NCBI GenBank assembly: GCA_013115125.1 | Contig: JABANN010000007.1 | Coordinates: 1-64,000, forward strand | Source: Perkinsus olseni | Lineage: Eukaryota | Length of the DNA: 64,000 nt | Direction: 5' to 3' | In this document: positions 1 through 9,786 of the stretch, one piece after another | Layout: each line of letters starts with the position of its first letter | How positions within the stretch are numbered: position 1 is the first letter of the stretch | Notes under the pieces: model-generated | Seen by the model: only the letters and a program-made list of their open reading frames with translations | Told to the model about the DNA's origin: nothing | The model's database searches: none | Translations under genes and position numbers: made by a program

Positions 1-239
1 ATTGCGCCAACATGGAGGATCTCCAGCTAGCACCGTTAGCGAAGCCGCGAATTCCGATAAGTCAGTCATTGTCGAGTCAGATCTCGTCCATCCTTGAAAG
101 CCGCCGCTCACCAACTCCTCTGACACTGAGCGGCGCCCGTTCGCTCATTCCGGTACGTTGCTGACTCCGTACTTACCCGTACCGGGGATTGAACCTGAAG
201 CAAGGTGCGCTCAACAACATGGTGTACCCGCACATGGAC

Positions 240-337
240 CTCCTCAACCACCTCCTCCCCCACCTCCGCAATCACCTCCTCAACAACCTCCACAACCACC
301 TCCTCAACCACAAGCTCCTCCACAACCGGCTCCTCCA
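240..337 (+). repeat. Degenerate ~12-bp CCTCCTCAACCA-type repeat (reads as a Pro/Gln-rich tract in ORF 158..541)
   Basis: Repeated cctcctcaacca/cctccacaacc units; translates PPQPPPPPPPQSPPQQPPQPPPQP. Confidence 0.7.
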
Positions 338-388
338 CGAAAAACTCATAGTATGAGTATGGCAGAAAACTTACACAGTGTATTACAC

Positions 389-508
389 TGTACAAGTTTT
401 CTGTGTACGAGTCCTCAGTGTACGGGTATTTGGTGTACGAGTCGAAGGTGTACGAATATTCGAGACATGAGTCGAAAATGTACGAGTTTTCGGTGTACGA
501 GTCGTGAA
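389..508 (+). repeat. 15-bp tandem repeat x8 (TGTACGAGT-nnnnnn)
   Basis: tgtac starts at 389, 404, 419, 434, 449, 479 and 494, with a degenerate unit at 464. Confidence 0.9.
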
Positions 509-603
509 CATCCCGTCTGGAGAGGGACGGTGAGGGATTGAGCTCCTTCTAGCTTGGCATTGACTCATTCTAATGATGCGGTTACCGCTAGTCTTTATAC
601 TAC

Positions 604-818
604 CTATTCGGTAATTTATAGTTGGGATCCCGGCGCACAGCATGACAGCATCAGGCTGTTAGCTACTAAGGCGCTGGGCTACTGAGGCAATGAAATCGCT
701 ATTCGGGTAATTTATAGGAGGAATCCCGGCGCCCAGCATGACAGCATCAAGCCGTCAGCTACTAAGGCAATGGGGGAGCTATCAAGGCAATGGAATCGCT
801 ATTCGGGGAATTTATAGA
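604..818 (+). repeat. ~95-100 bp tandem repeat, ~2.2 copies
   Basis: ctattcgg..aatttatag at 604, 699 and 799; atcccggcgc-cagcatgacagcatca shared by the first two units. Confidence 0.9.
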
Positions 819-867
819 TTGCTATTAATAGGTTTCAATTAAAGTTTAGACTGCTATTCACTGAGAA

Positions 868-962
868 CGCACTTGGAGGTGCGCGCACCTCGTCTGAAAT
901 TCACGCACCTGGAGGTGCGCGCACCTGCTTTGGATAATTTCACGTCCTTGGAGGTGCGCGCA
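868..962. repeat. ~37-bp repeat x3 carrying the palindrome AGGTGCGCGCACCT
   Basis: Perfect 14-bp palindrome at 877-890 and 913-926; partial copy at 952-962. Confidence 0.9.
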
Positions 963-988
963 TGTAGTAGGTGCGCATGGTAACTTGC

Positions 989-1162
989 ATTGCCCGAGCA
1001 GCCACCCGTGTAGCCTGACTCACTAGTGGGCAAGAGTAGTAGTAACCTAGAGTAGCAGTACCCTGGATTGCCCGAGCAGCCACTAGTGTAGCCTGACTCA
1101 CTAGTGGGCAAGAGTAGTAATAACCTAGAGTAGTAGTACCCTGGATTGCCCGAGCAGCCACT
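989..1162 (+). repeat. 78-bp tandem repeat, ~2.2 copies
   Basis: attgcccgagcagccac at 989, 1067 and 1145; the units are nearly identical. Confidence 0.92.
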
Positions 1163-1196
1163 TCTGTGGGGCCGGGATTGGTCTGGATGGTCTGTC

Positions 1197-1254
1197 TGGG
1201 TGGTGAACTACGCTGGGATCAAACTAAGACTGTCAGCTGCTCGGCAGCTTGACT
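1197..1254 (+). repeat. 58-bp direct repeat, copy 1 (partner 3193-3250)
   Basis: tgggtggtgaactacgctgggatc..cagcttgact; 53/58 identical to copy 2 by manual alignment. Confidence 0.92.
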
Positions 1255-1258
1255 AGCC

Positions 1259-3046
1259 ATGTTGGATAAGTCAGTGAGGAATTTGGATCGAGCTGCGGAT
1301 TCAGACTCACTATTCTATATTGGAGATATACGTTTTTACGCAGGTTTTCATATTGAATTTTCCAGATGTCTCAGCGCTTATCAGCTGCCGAGAATATGGT
1401 TAACAGGCTATCCGCGTGGAGGGATTCGCTGTGGTGAGCGAGTCCCCTCAGCCGCTTCACGACGTGAACTCAGACATTAGGAATACTGAGACTCGAGCCA
1501 AGATGGCTACGGACAATCTCTCTGCTCCGCGAGACGCCCCCCGCCGGTCACGTCACCCGTGACCGTCTCCTGAGCCTCCGCGCGCGCCGTACGCGCGCCA
1601 ACCTCTAGCTGGCACCGCGCCAGCTACATTCGCCCACGGCTAATCGCCCTACACAACTTGGACTAGAGTTCTGTCATTTAGTGGTTGCCACGGCCCGCTC
1701 TTTATTCTTGGATTTCGCCGAAACCTCAACACGGCGCAAAGTCGACACTTACTTGAATTCCGGCAACGGTGAATGGTTGGCAGAATACCAGGCTTCAGGG
1801 CTGCGGCCTGACGTACAGGCTATAAAGCCATTGTTATACTATTATTACTTATATTTATATTTATACCAGCACATGTTATTATTATATACTTATAGTGGGC
1901 ATTTAGTTATTTATAATTTATTAGTTTATTTTATATTATTATGCCCACTATATATTAAGATTAGTATATAGTAAATCATAGAATATTATATTATTAAAAG
2001 GGCACAGATCCACGTTTGTTGGATGTTTTGGCTTCATTTATGGATAGGATGACCTCTATGTCGACTGAGCGGTTGATCAAGGCTGTGCGTGTAAGACTAC
2101 ATGTTTAAACACGATATACAGCGCGCTATGTTGTATACGACCAGAGTGACGCCACCGGTGAAGAACCGTCGGGAATAAGTTTGAGCTACGTGCTATGCTG
2201 GTGGTTGTTGGGTTGTCCTGTGGATGGTATTGGTAACAATCGCGATGAAAAGACTAAGCTCTATAGAAGGGCCAACAAATGTTATGATGAAATCTGTGGT
2301 TACATGGAGTGGCCAGAATATGCATACGACTTAATCGCTAAGACATACAAAGATTTGCAAGCTATTCCCGACTACTTGCACATTTTCTTCATTTTAAATA
2401 GGCCTTGTTCGGCGCGCTCTGGGCAATCGCCACCACTATGGTATAGCATTAGTAATGGTACTCATAAGCCTCTGTTACGACAATTGATTAGGCCTCCGGT
2501 GCGTCACGATCCGGTTCCCTTTGGCTTTACGGAGGAGATGAACAAGGTCGTAGAGTATCACAAGGAAAGCTGGGCTGGTGATGCCCTAGAAGCTGCTGTG
2601 GCATTCGTATTGGTGGAACTAGGAGACTCTCCTAAGGAGAGCCTCAAACGATCCTACTTCTACAACTCATCATTCATCGGCAAACAATTTCTCCCAACAT
2701 CACTAGTGAGCTGTCGGAGTGGCTCAGACTGCTGGCATCCGGGAAGGAACTCCCGAGAGATCCGGCGGATCCTGAGAAGAGGACCAAGGCTTACAATGAG
2801 GAAGTTCAAGGATGGAGGTCGGCCTCCGAGAATATCGGAAAGCTCATGGAGATCGGGGAGGTTAGGGAGGGATATTCTTTGTTTTTGAGGACGTTGAACC
2901 GTTCCTTCACGAGGGATGCCAACATGTTCCAGGAAGAGTGTTTGGTGACGAAATCATCTCCATCATTGTATAGAAGGATAAGGAGGAGGGCACCGAGAAA
3001 ATCGAAGGGGCCTGACAGTAAGAGGCAACGAGGGACACCATATTAA
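1259..3046 (+). CDS. Spliced orphan protein with RNase III-like motifs; apparent frameshift near 2636-2641 (possible pseudogene)
   Basis: Exons 1259-1433, 1682-1812, 2001-2090 and 2145-~2640 join in frame through GT-AG introns. A protein-like second frame runs 2636-3046. Motifs LFYIGD and GDALEAAVAFVLVE. Confidence 0.55.
1492..1513 (-). ncRNA. Spliced-leader copy TCCGTAGCCATCTTGGCTCGAG (SL RNA-like gene or relic)
   Basis: One mismatch to the Perkinsus/dinoflagellate SL consensus NCCGTAGCCATYTTGGCTCAAG. Confidence 0.75.
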
Positions 3047-3192
3047 CTGTAGTCATTGCCCTTTATTGTATAAGAATTGTTTTAACCTTTCATTTTCCTT
3101 CTTCTCATCATTGTTGTTGTTCTATGTAGTCGGAGACGCCAGGAAAGGATTGGGATTGGGGGCCGATCATGTTATCATTGGGCTGGTTACTT

Positions 3193-3250
3193 TGGGTGGT
3201 GAACTACGCTGGGATCCAACTAAGACTGTGGGCTGCTTTGCAGCTTGACT
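3193..3250 (+). repeat. 58-bp direct repeat, copy 2, followed by (CTTGACAG)x4
   Basis: Matches 1197-1254; an 8-bp microsatellite follows at 3252-3283. Confidence 0.92.
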
Positions 3251-3304
3251 TCTTGACAGCTTGACAGCTTGACAGCTTGACAGCTTGACTAGGCATTGCG
3301 ACTT

Positions 3305-3538
3305 GTCTTACTCGTTTGTCTTACGTCTTACTGTAAGACTGTCTTACTCGTTAGTCTTACGTCGTACTGTAAGACCGTCTTACTCGTTAGTCTTACATCT
3401 TACTGTAAGTCTGGTTTACTCGTTAGTCTTACGTCTTACTCGTACTGTGAGACTGTCTTACTCGTTAGTCTTATGTCGTACTGTAAGACCGTCTTACTCG
3501 TTAGTCTTGCGTCTTACTCGTACTGTAAGACTGTCTTA
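3305..3538. repeat. 36-bp (some 42-bp) tandem repeat, ~6.5 copies, with internal GTCTTAC-T-GTAAGAC inverted repeat
   Basis: gtctta-type unit starts at 3305, 3341, 3377, 3413 (variant), 3455, 3491 and 3533. Confidence 0.92.
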
Positions 3539-4596
3539 TATGGTATATACCATATGTCGTTGGAAAAAGCACACTGGTCGCGCCGATATCTCTCAATAAC
3601 CCGCCTACAATGTGAACGGAAGAGCATTGAGCGACCGACAGAGGAAAACTATGCCGGTAACGGCACTTATGATGATCCGACCGACACAGAGTTGTTATGA
3701 TTTTGTTGTGTGTCTGTAGTCTTCACGATTGTGTTCTGATAACTTCTAGCGTCGAGCTAGTGGACTCGATCCACCATTAATTGTTACTAGGTTGTAGACC
3801 TCATTAGAGGTTCTTTGGCTCCACTGGGGACCCCAGTCTGGGGTACCTACTTTACGCTCAACTTCATCACCTAGAACGTTAGTATACTTCGACGGCGAAG
3901 AGTCTTGAGTTGTCTTAACTCCGTCATAACACAGCTGATCGTCACGCCTGCGGGATTGCACCACGGCGAATGCTGATCGTTAGTCCCGCCGATAAATCGA
4001 ATACAGAGGGATAAACTCATTGCTACATCCTAATCCCTCGACTCTAGAGTGAGCCCATCACCCGAGTCGTTGGTTGTTTGCCACGTATAAAAAATTCTTC
4101 AGCAGGGTACGTTCCTTGGGATTGAAGCGTAAATAAGCGATGAATAATATCCAAGGAGAGATATATATTCGAGACCGAAGCTATATGACGGAGCAAGAGC
4201 ATGATAGAATGTCTTGTTTTCCGAGCCCGAGAATTCCAGTTCGAGTGGAAGTTAGCAGAACTTCCCTCAGACCACACAAATTCAGCTCAAAAGAACCTCG
4301 GCGGCTTTTTGAGTCCTCGACTCTGAATAGACCATCACAAAGCCTTAAAATGAAGAAGAATTACCTCACGCGCTCTGCTCACTAGCGACTACAACCAAGT
4401 TATCGGAAGAAGGTTCAGTAAATGAATTTTCCCGAGGGAGAGTCGTCGCCTCCCGTGGCACGAAACTTTTGAATGAGGTTCTGAGATCCTCGTACTCGCT
4501 CGCCCTCGGTATCGAGCGCTTACAATCTTCCGCGAGCCCCAAAGTGCGCCGCTTGAGTTGTATCATAATTGATCCGGCAACTCATTCGTCATTCCG

Positions 4597-5448
4597 TTGC
4601 AGTTCGTGTTAAGCATTCCCACAGTTCATAGCCTCAGAAGAGTAGTCATCTCTCTAGCGGTCAGTCTAGCCTACGGTAGCCAAGATAGACCAATACAATG
4701 GTTGTTCGCTACCAGCAAGGAGACTGGGAGTCATTACTATATCGAACCTAGAGAGAGAGTCGCCGAGTTTCGCACACGGTTTATTACCACGATGGAAGGC
4801 GGGCTCCAATGCATAGCAGCAACACAATGTACCACGATTTCCGACATGTTTCCAGTCCGATATGCGTGGATTAATCGTGTAGAAGATAAGACGATGAAAC
4901 AGACGAGATACTCCGCAGCGTTGATCGCCAATGAGACCGAAGACTGTTTCACCTCTCTGAGCCCGCCTGATCTACAAGTTGTTGCTGACCTCAACAGGAT
5001 ATGCGCGAACCACGACTTCTGGATCACTACCAGTTCTGACCCTATGCATATCGAGGACGGTACGTATTCTGGCGAAAGAGCAGACTCTATGAAACTTAAA
5101 GTTGACGTGAAGGACGGTAGGGCCGAACGCGTGACCGCAAGGCCAAAGAACGAGGGAGCCAAGACGATGAAGAAGCTGACCTACTTCAAGGTGGGTGATG
5201 TCCTTTCGGTGACCATGAAAAACCCGGCTGCATCTCTCATACGTGATAAGATGATCCTCGAACCTAACACAAGGGATGCACAGTTCGAACACGGCGTCGG
5301 CAGGTCTAATTTGAAAGACTGGGACCGTGAGACAGCCAGCGCCGCTAATATGGAGCGTGGCAAAGGGAAAGCGGCTAAGGGTGGCTTAAAGGCACTCAAG
5401 AAGTTGGCACGGAAGCTGACTCGTAGAGAAAAGCATCAGCCCACGTGA
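4597..5448 (+). CDS. Hypothetical protein, possibly secreted (true start uncertain)
   Basis: 283-codon ORF with a hydrophobic VVISLAVSLAYG segment near the N-terminus, several Cys and a basic C-terminal tail; no recognised domain. Confidence 0.6.
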   Translation: MQFVLSIPTVHSLRRVVISLAVSLAYGSQDRPIQWLFATSKETGSHYYIEPRERVAEFRTRFITTMEGGLQCIAATQCTTISDMFPVRYAWINRVEDKTMKQTRYSAALIANETEDCFTSLSPPDLQVVADLNRICANHDFWITTSSDPMHIEDGTYSGERADSMKLKVDVKDGRAERVTARPKNEGAKTMKKLTYFKVGDVLSVTMKNPAASLIRDKMILEPNTRDAQFEHGVGRSNLKDWDRETASAANMERGKGKAAKGGLKALKKLARKLTRREKHQPT

Positions 5449-6602
5449 GTAGAGAGCTATGCGCAAGTACGATGCAACTGCAATAGATGTTATCATGTGA
5501 CCGTATGTCGGAGAAGGGTGATTATGTGTTGCGCAGTATGATGTTTTCGAAATTACGTCTTCCGTTATTAGATTGTGTGGCGTGATTCGTGATGTGACGG
5601 CTAGAAAGTTGCGTTAGCAGTGACCCTACCGAGACTAGAAAAACATCACGCATTCAATTGGGTTGAGTGACATACCTTTTCATCTCACGCAGGATATTAT
5701 CGTACCAAGCTGTTAATTCCACGCCTTGACATCCTCATGGCGACAACAGAGGAAGCAAGGGTGTCCGATCGCATCGTCATTTTCGTTAACTCATAACTTG
5801 ACCTAAGATAGTTAGAAATACTTCGCAGAGTTGACTGCAGAATTCCGTTCACATGATCCGACAGCGTACATGCAGATTCCCCTGCAGGATCATGCTTGTC
5901 CCAGGTGACTCGGAGGAAACATAAACGGCAAAAAAATCCCAATATTCATGAAAGTCTACCTAAAAGATCCCCCTCCCACACGCACATTAACGGACTCACG
6001 ATTCGTGACTCATGAAGGATTGAGGATCTGCTGAGACTGAAGAGGGTAATGGCACGCTGATGCGGCTCGACCAATGAAGTTCGAAGCTCGAACCCGTCGG
6101 GTGATATGCGAGCTAAGCCTCGTACTCCCAAGGACTTTGTGCTCAGGCACGCAAGCTGACTCCGAACTTGAACTTCTTGGAGCACCTGTGACACGAAATG
6201 CGAGACCTTCCACTCAGTCCTCAGACGGTAATTGGTCATTCTCTGATATTACATTGGCGCGTCCCCTCCAGCGTACGGAAGATCAATTGTGCTGGGCCGG
6301 ACTTCGGGTGTCGGGCAGAAGAAACACAACCGTACACAATCAGTGTCTGCGAGAAATGAATTTATGTGCGGCGTATTATCCACCCAAGAAGAACACGACT
6401 CCGACTTCTATTCTACCAGTAAAAGAGAGAACACCACTGAGTGCCCTTCAATAACAGTGATAGATTCAATGGACGATGTGCGAAAGATGGATGTTTGGTA
6501 CGAAGATGTGTCACGAATCACATATGTGATCAAGCACCACTAGAAAACTGGTCGCCGAGATACATGCGTCATCTTAAGCACAACTGCTGGGCCTAGATCA
6601 TA

Positions 6603-8395
6603 TCATCCGAGAGCAGGCGGCGTTTGCACCAGGAACCCGCACGACCTCGAGGAGCGCGCTATTGCCGGCGACAGTGAGTTAAGCTTCTCTGAAGTCACCG
6701 CCCCGTCAATCGCAACGATGAAATCCAGATAATCGAAAATGAGGTCCGAGTGGCCACGTGCCATAGAGCTGGTGGTTTCGAGGGGTGATGGGTTCATTCC
6801 ATCTCCGATCACGAGTGAGTCCAGCTCGTTGAGATCAACCTGCCCATCATGATCCAAATCTGCTGCTGCAAAAAGTCGTGACATGTCTCCAAGCTGCGAC
6901 TCGGGGACGAGGCTCGCCGCAGTGCGGAGCAGCTCCTTCCGCTGCGGTGGAATAGCCAAGTACCGCTCCAGTTTCCTCCTCGTCCAAGGAGTTGATACAC
7001 AGAGAGTATTCGAAGGAGATGCTGCACGTATGAAAGGATGGCGCAGTGCCTCTGCAGCAGTAAGTCGCTGAGCAGAGCCATGCCTAACGAAGGGACACGG
7101 AAAAGTTTGTCTACCTGGGATGGTTCCACGATCAAGAGACGCGTGACAAGATCCACAGCAGCTTCACTTAGATTGTGCCAGGCTGGCCTGTTTCTAATGA
7201 AGCTTCCAGCTTTGACGCGATGCACAACCACCTACTAGCAGCTACAGCCATCGGCCTGTCAAATGAATACGTTAAGACCTTAGTGGACCTGTCCCCGGAC
7301 TGTCGGAAAGGGGAGGCGGCACAGAGCATTACGTATAGGACAACCCCGGCAGACCACATGTCGCTCCTCGTGTCAGCGCCTTCGGAACGGTATCTGGGTG
7401 GCTCACTTCTCCCCTCGGCTTCGGCGAGACGCTTTCCTACACCTCAGGCGCAGCATATGACAGAGTCCCTATGCGACCCTTGGCCTTTCCTCCAGCTACA
7501 GCCCTGAGACTGGCAGCCGCGCCGAAATCGCAGAGTTTCAACCGGCTTTTGTCGTTCTCGTCTACGAAAAGGAAGTTCTCTGCTTTCACATCACGATGCA
7601 CTATATATCTTGCATGGATGAAGGCGAGGGCCTCGAGAACTTGACGCATCAAGGATGATGCCTACCAGTGGACCGAACATCAGCAGCCAACGCTGAGCAG
7701 TCAGCCTGGACGGCCCAACTCACCTCTGCTTCCGGCAATCCTCGAGCCATCGATGGCCGTTTGCGTGCAGTATGTACTATATGATCATAGAGCTCACCGC
7801 CCCAACACGGTTCCATGACAATTTGGTACATCCCGTCGTCGTTCTCGAAAGCCTAGAATCAAACCAGACATGAATGCATGATGCCGAAAGAATGGCGGTA
7901 CAAAAACAGCCAGCCAACGATGACTGCTGGGGACAACCAGCGAGCGCGTCCATGTTACCTCACTTCGAAAACACGGACGATTCTTGGATGTGGCGGCAAA
8001 GCCGAGAGAGCCGAGATCTCGGTGGAGTAGCATCTGATGGCGGATCCCCCTTCAGCCGGACTCGATCCATCAGCCAGTTCCTTGACTGCCACCAACCGCC
8101 CAGCGGCGTCAATCTCCTCCGCTAGATAAACATCACCGTAGCTACCCTTGCCGAGCGCTTTTACTTTACGGTAAATTCTGTCGAAGGCAATGTCTCGATG
8201 TATTGCGAAAACCGCTCTCACGGCCCTTTCTGGTGGGATGTAAACGGGTTCAATCGAAGGGAGGTTGCCTTCAAGAGGCAGGAGGAGGTCAGAGGAGGCC
8301 TTTATAGACTGGGTGGAGTGCTCGTCCTCGGGGGGTGGTGGATTCTGGCATAAACTGAGAGGCTCCATGATCTGTGCTAAAGAGGTGTTACCCAT
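6603..8395 (-). CDS. Calcium-dependent protein kinase (CDPK/CAMK group), multi-exon
   Basis: LGKGSYGDV, VAVK, HPRIV, MEPCWGGEL, HRDVKAENFL, DFG, GTLSYAAPE, DMWSAGVVLY; EF-hand DLDHDGQVDLNE; N-terminal MG. Confidence 0.9.
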
Positions 8396-9786
8396 GACAG
8401 ATTCAAACTGCGAGCGGCATAACAAACGACATGACCTGTCGTAAGATCACCAGCTATCCTCGGAACTGGCTGGAATATCATATGTCTCGATCCGGCGGAA
8501 CGAAAGCGTTCACTCTACATGTCAATCTTCACTTCGATTTACAGTGGTTTCACTCTCCGGGCGCGGAGCACTACGGGCTGTAAAACCGCTAGTCTCTCGC
8601 CGGCCACACACGCTCTCGAACCAAGCAGGCTGGAAACCACCACCGCGAGATGCCACGAAGGATTGACCGAATGAACGCAAGCCTTGACATTGTGAGGAGC
8701 TGATAGCTAGGCGAGTTGACATAACCTAAAATAACTCAAGAATTGTACAGCCATTATGTGCAGTGATGCTCGAAGAAAAAACTCACGACTCACTAACCTG
8801 AGATGCGGTTCATGCAATGACGCCCTGCGAGCCCACTCCAGCTTCACTTTGAGCAAGCATAGCAGCGTCAGAGCCGCTGCACCGTGCGGCCCACGCGCAT
8901 GGCATCCGTCCCGCCGATCAATCGATAATGAGTATCACAATGAGAATAAAGTAGTGCTCTAGGAACCAACGTAATAGCAGCACGAGAAGGCCGGATTATC
9001 CAGCCCGGATATCGCATCTTCAGAATTGATTCCCATGACTACACTTCTAGAGACACTGTCAGCGATACATTAACCTGCTCGCCATGTTTCCCTTATGGCG
9101 TTATGATCGTCGTCCAAGGTAGTGATATGATGAATCTACAGGCCCCTATCATCGTCATATTGCTCGGCGAGGCAACAAATATAAATAAGCTTGAGGTTGC
9201 ATTCTGAGATACCTGGGTCGCATTATCGTTATGGGCGGGTTTTTCTCGCAATATTGGTCATGCTGGTCGTACTATCACAGAATGGTCTCAGGAAGAATTC
9301 ACGATAAGAAATTACGTCTTTGTCAATTGCCTCTACGTTGTCCCCATTCAACAGCCTAGAACACCTCAGTGGGAACCTTGACAGAAAGGATCCCGAAAGT
9401 GACTAGTGACGAGCAAGGTACACTAAAATCAAGCGGTGATGGCCACTTCCAACAAGTGCTTTTACCCCTGAGTCATGCAAAATGCTTCTTGTGAGGATTC
9501 GTTCCCATTTACTCACATCGATGAAGACCTCTGACGTCACGCAGGGAGTATGAGAGTGCGCGATCGTCATCGCAGCCTAACACATACAAGTAAGATCTCA
9601 AGAAACGGTTAGCGCGTGAACCAAAAGCAATCGTACCCCTATAGTATAAGAAAGGTGTGGGCATGATATGACGGCAATGGTCTTGACTCTATTAGAGACA
9701 AGCGATAGAAAACGACGGGCCTCGACGAATCCACTCTTAAGGACCGCTCGGGAAAGTGGGAGGGTTGGTCGGCTTCCGGGGCCTCC

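Noticed and set aside
868-962. CRISPR-like palindromic repeats with spacers
   Set aside because: Only three units, the spacers resemble each other (aa(t)ttcacg..tgg), there are no cas genes and the context is eukaryotic.
854-1161. Minus-strand ORFs 854..1111 and 940..1161
   Set aside because: They are translations of the 78-bp and 37-bp repeats, with no other coding evidence.
3285-3700. ORFs 3285..3599 and 3296..3700
   Set aside because: These are by-products of the 36-bp tandem array and have non-ATG starts.
5946-6543. Short ORFs between the hypothetical gene and CDPK (also 3746-4566, 32055-32566, 33733-34119)
   Set aside because: I could not assemble a consistent spliced frame or recognise any domain.
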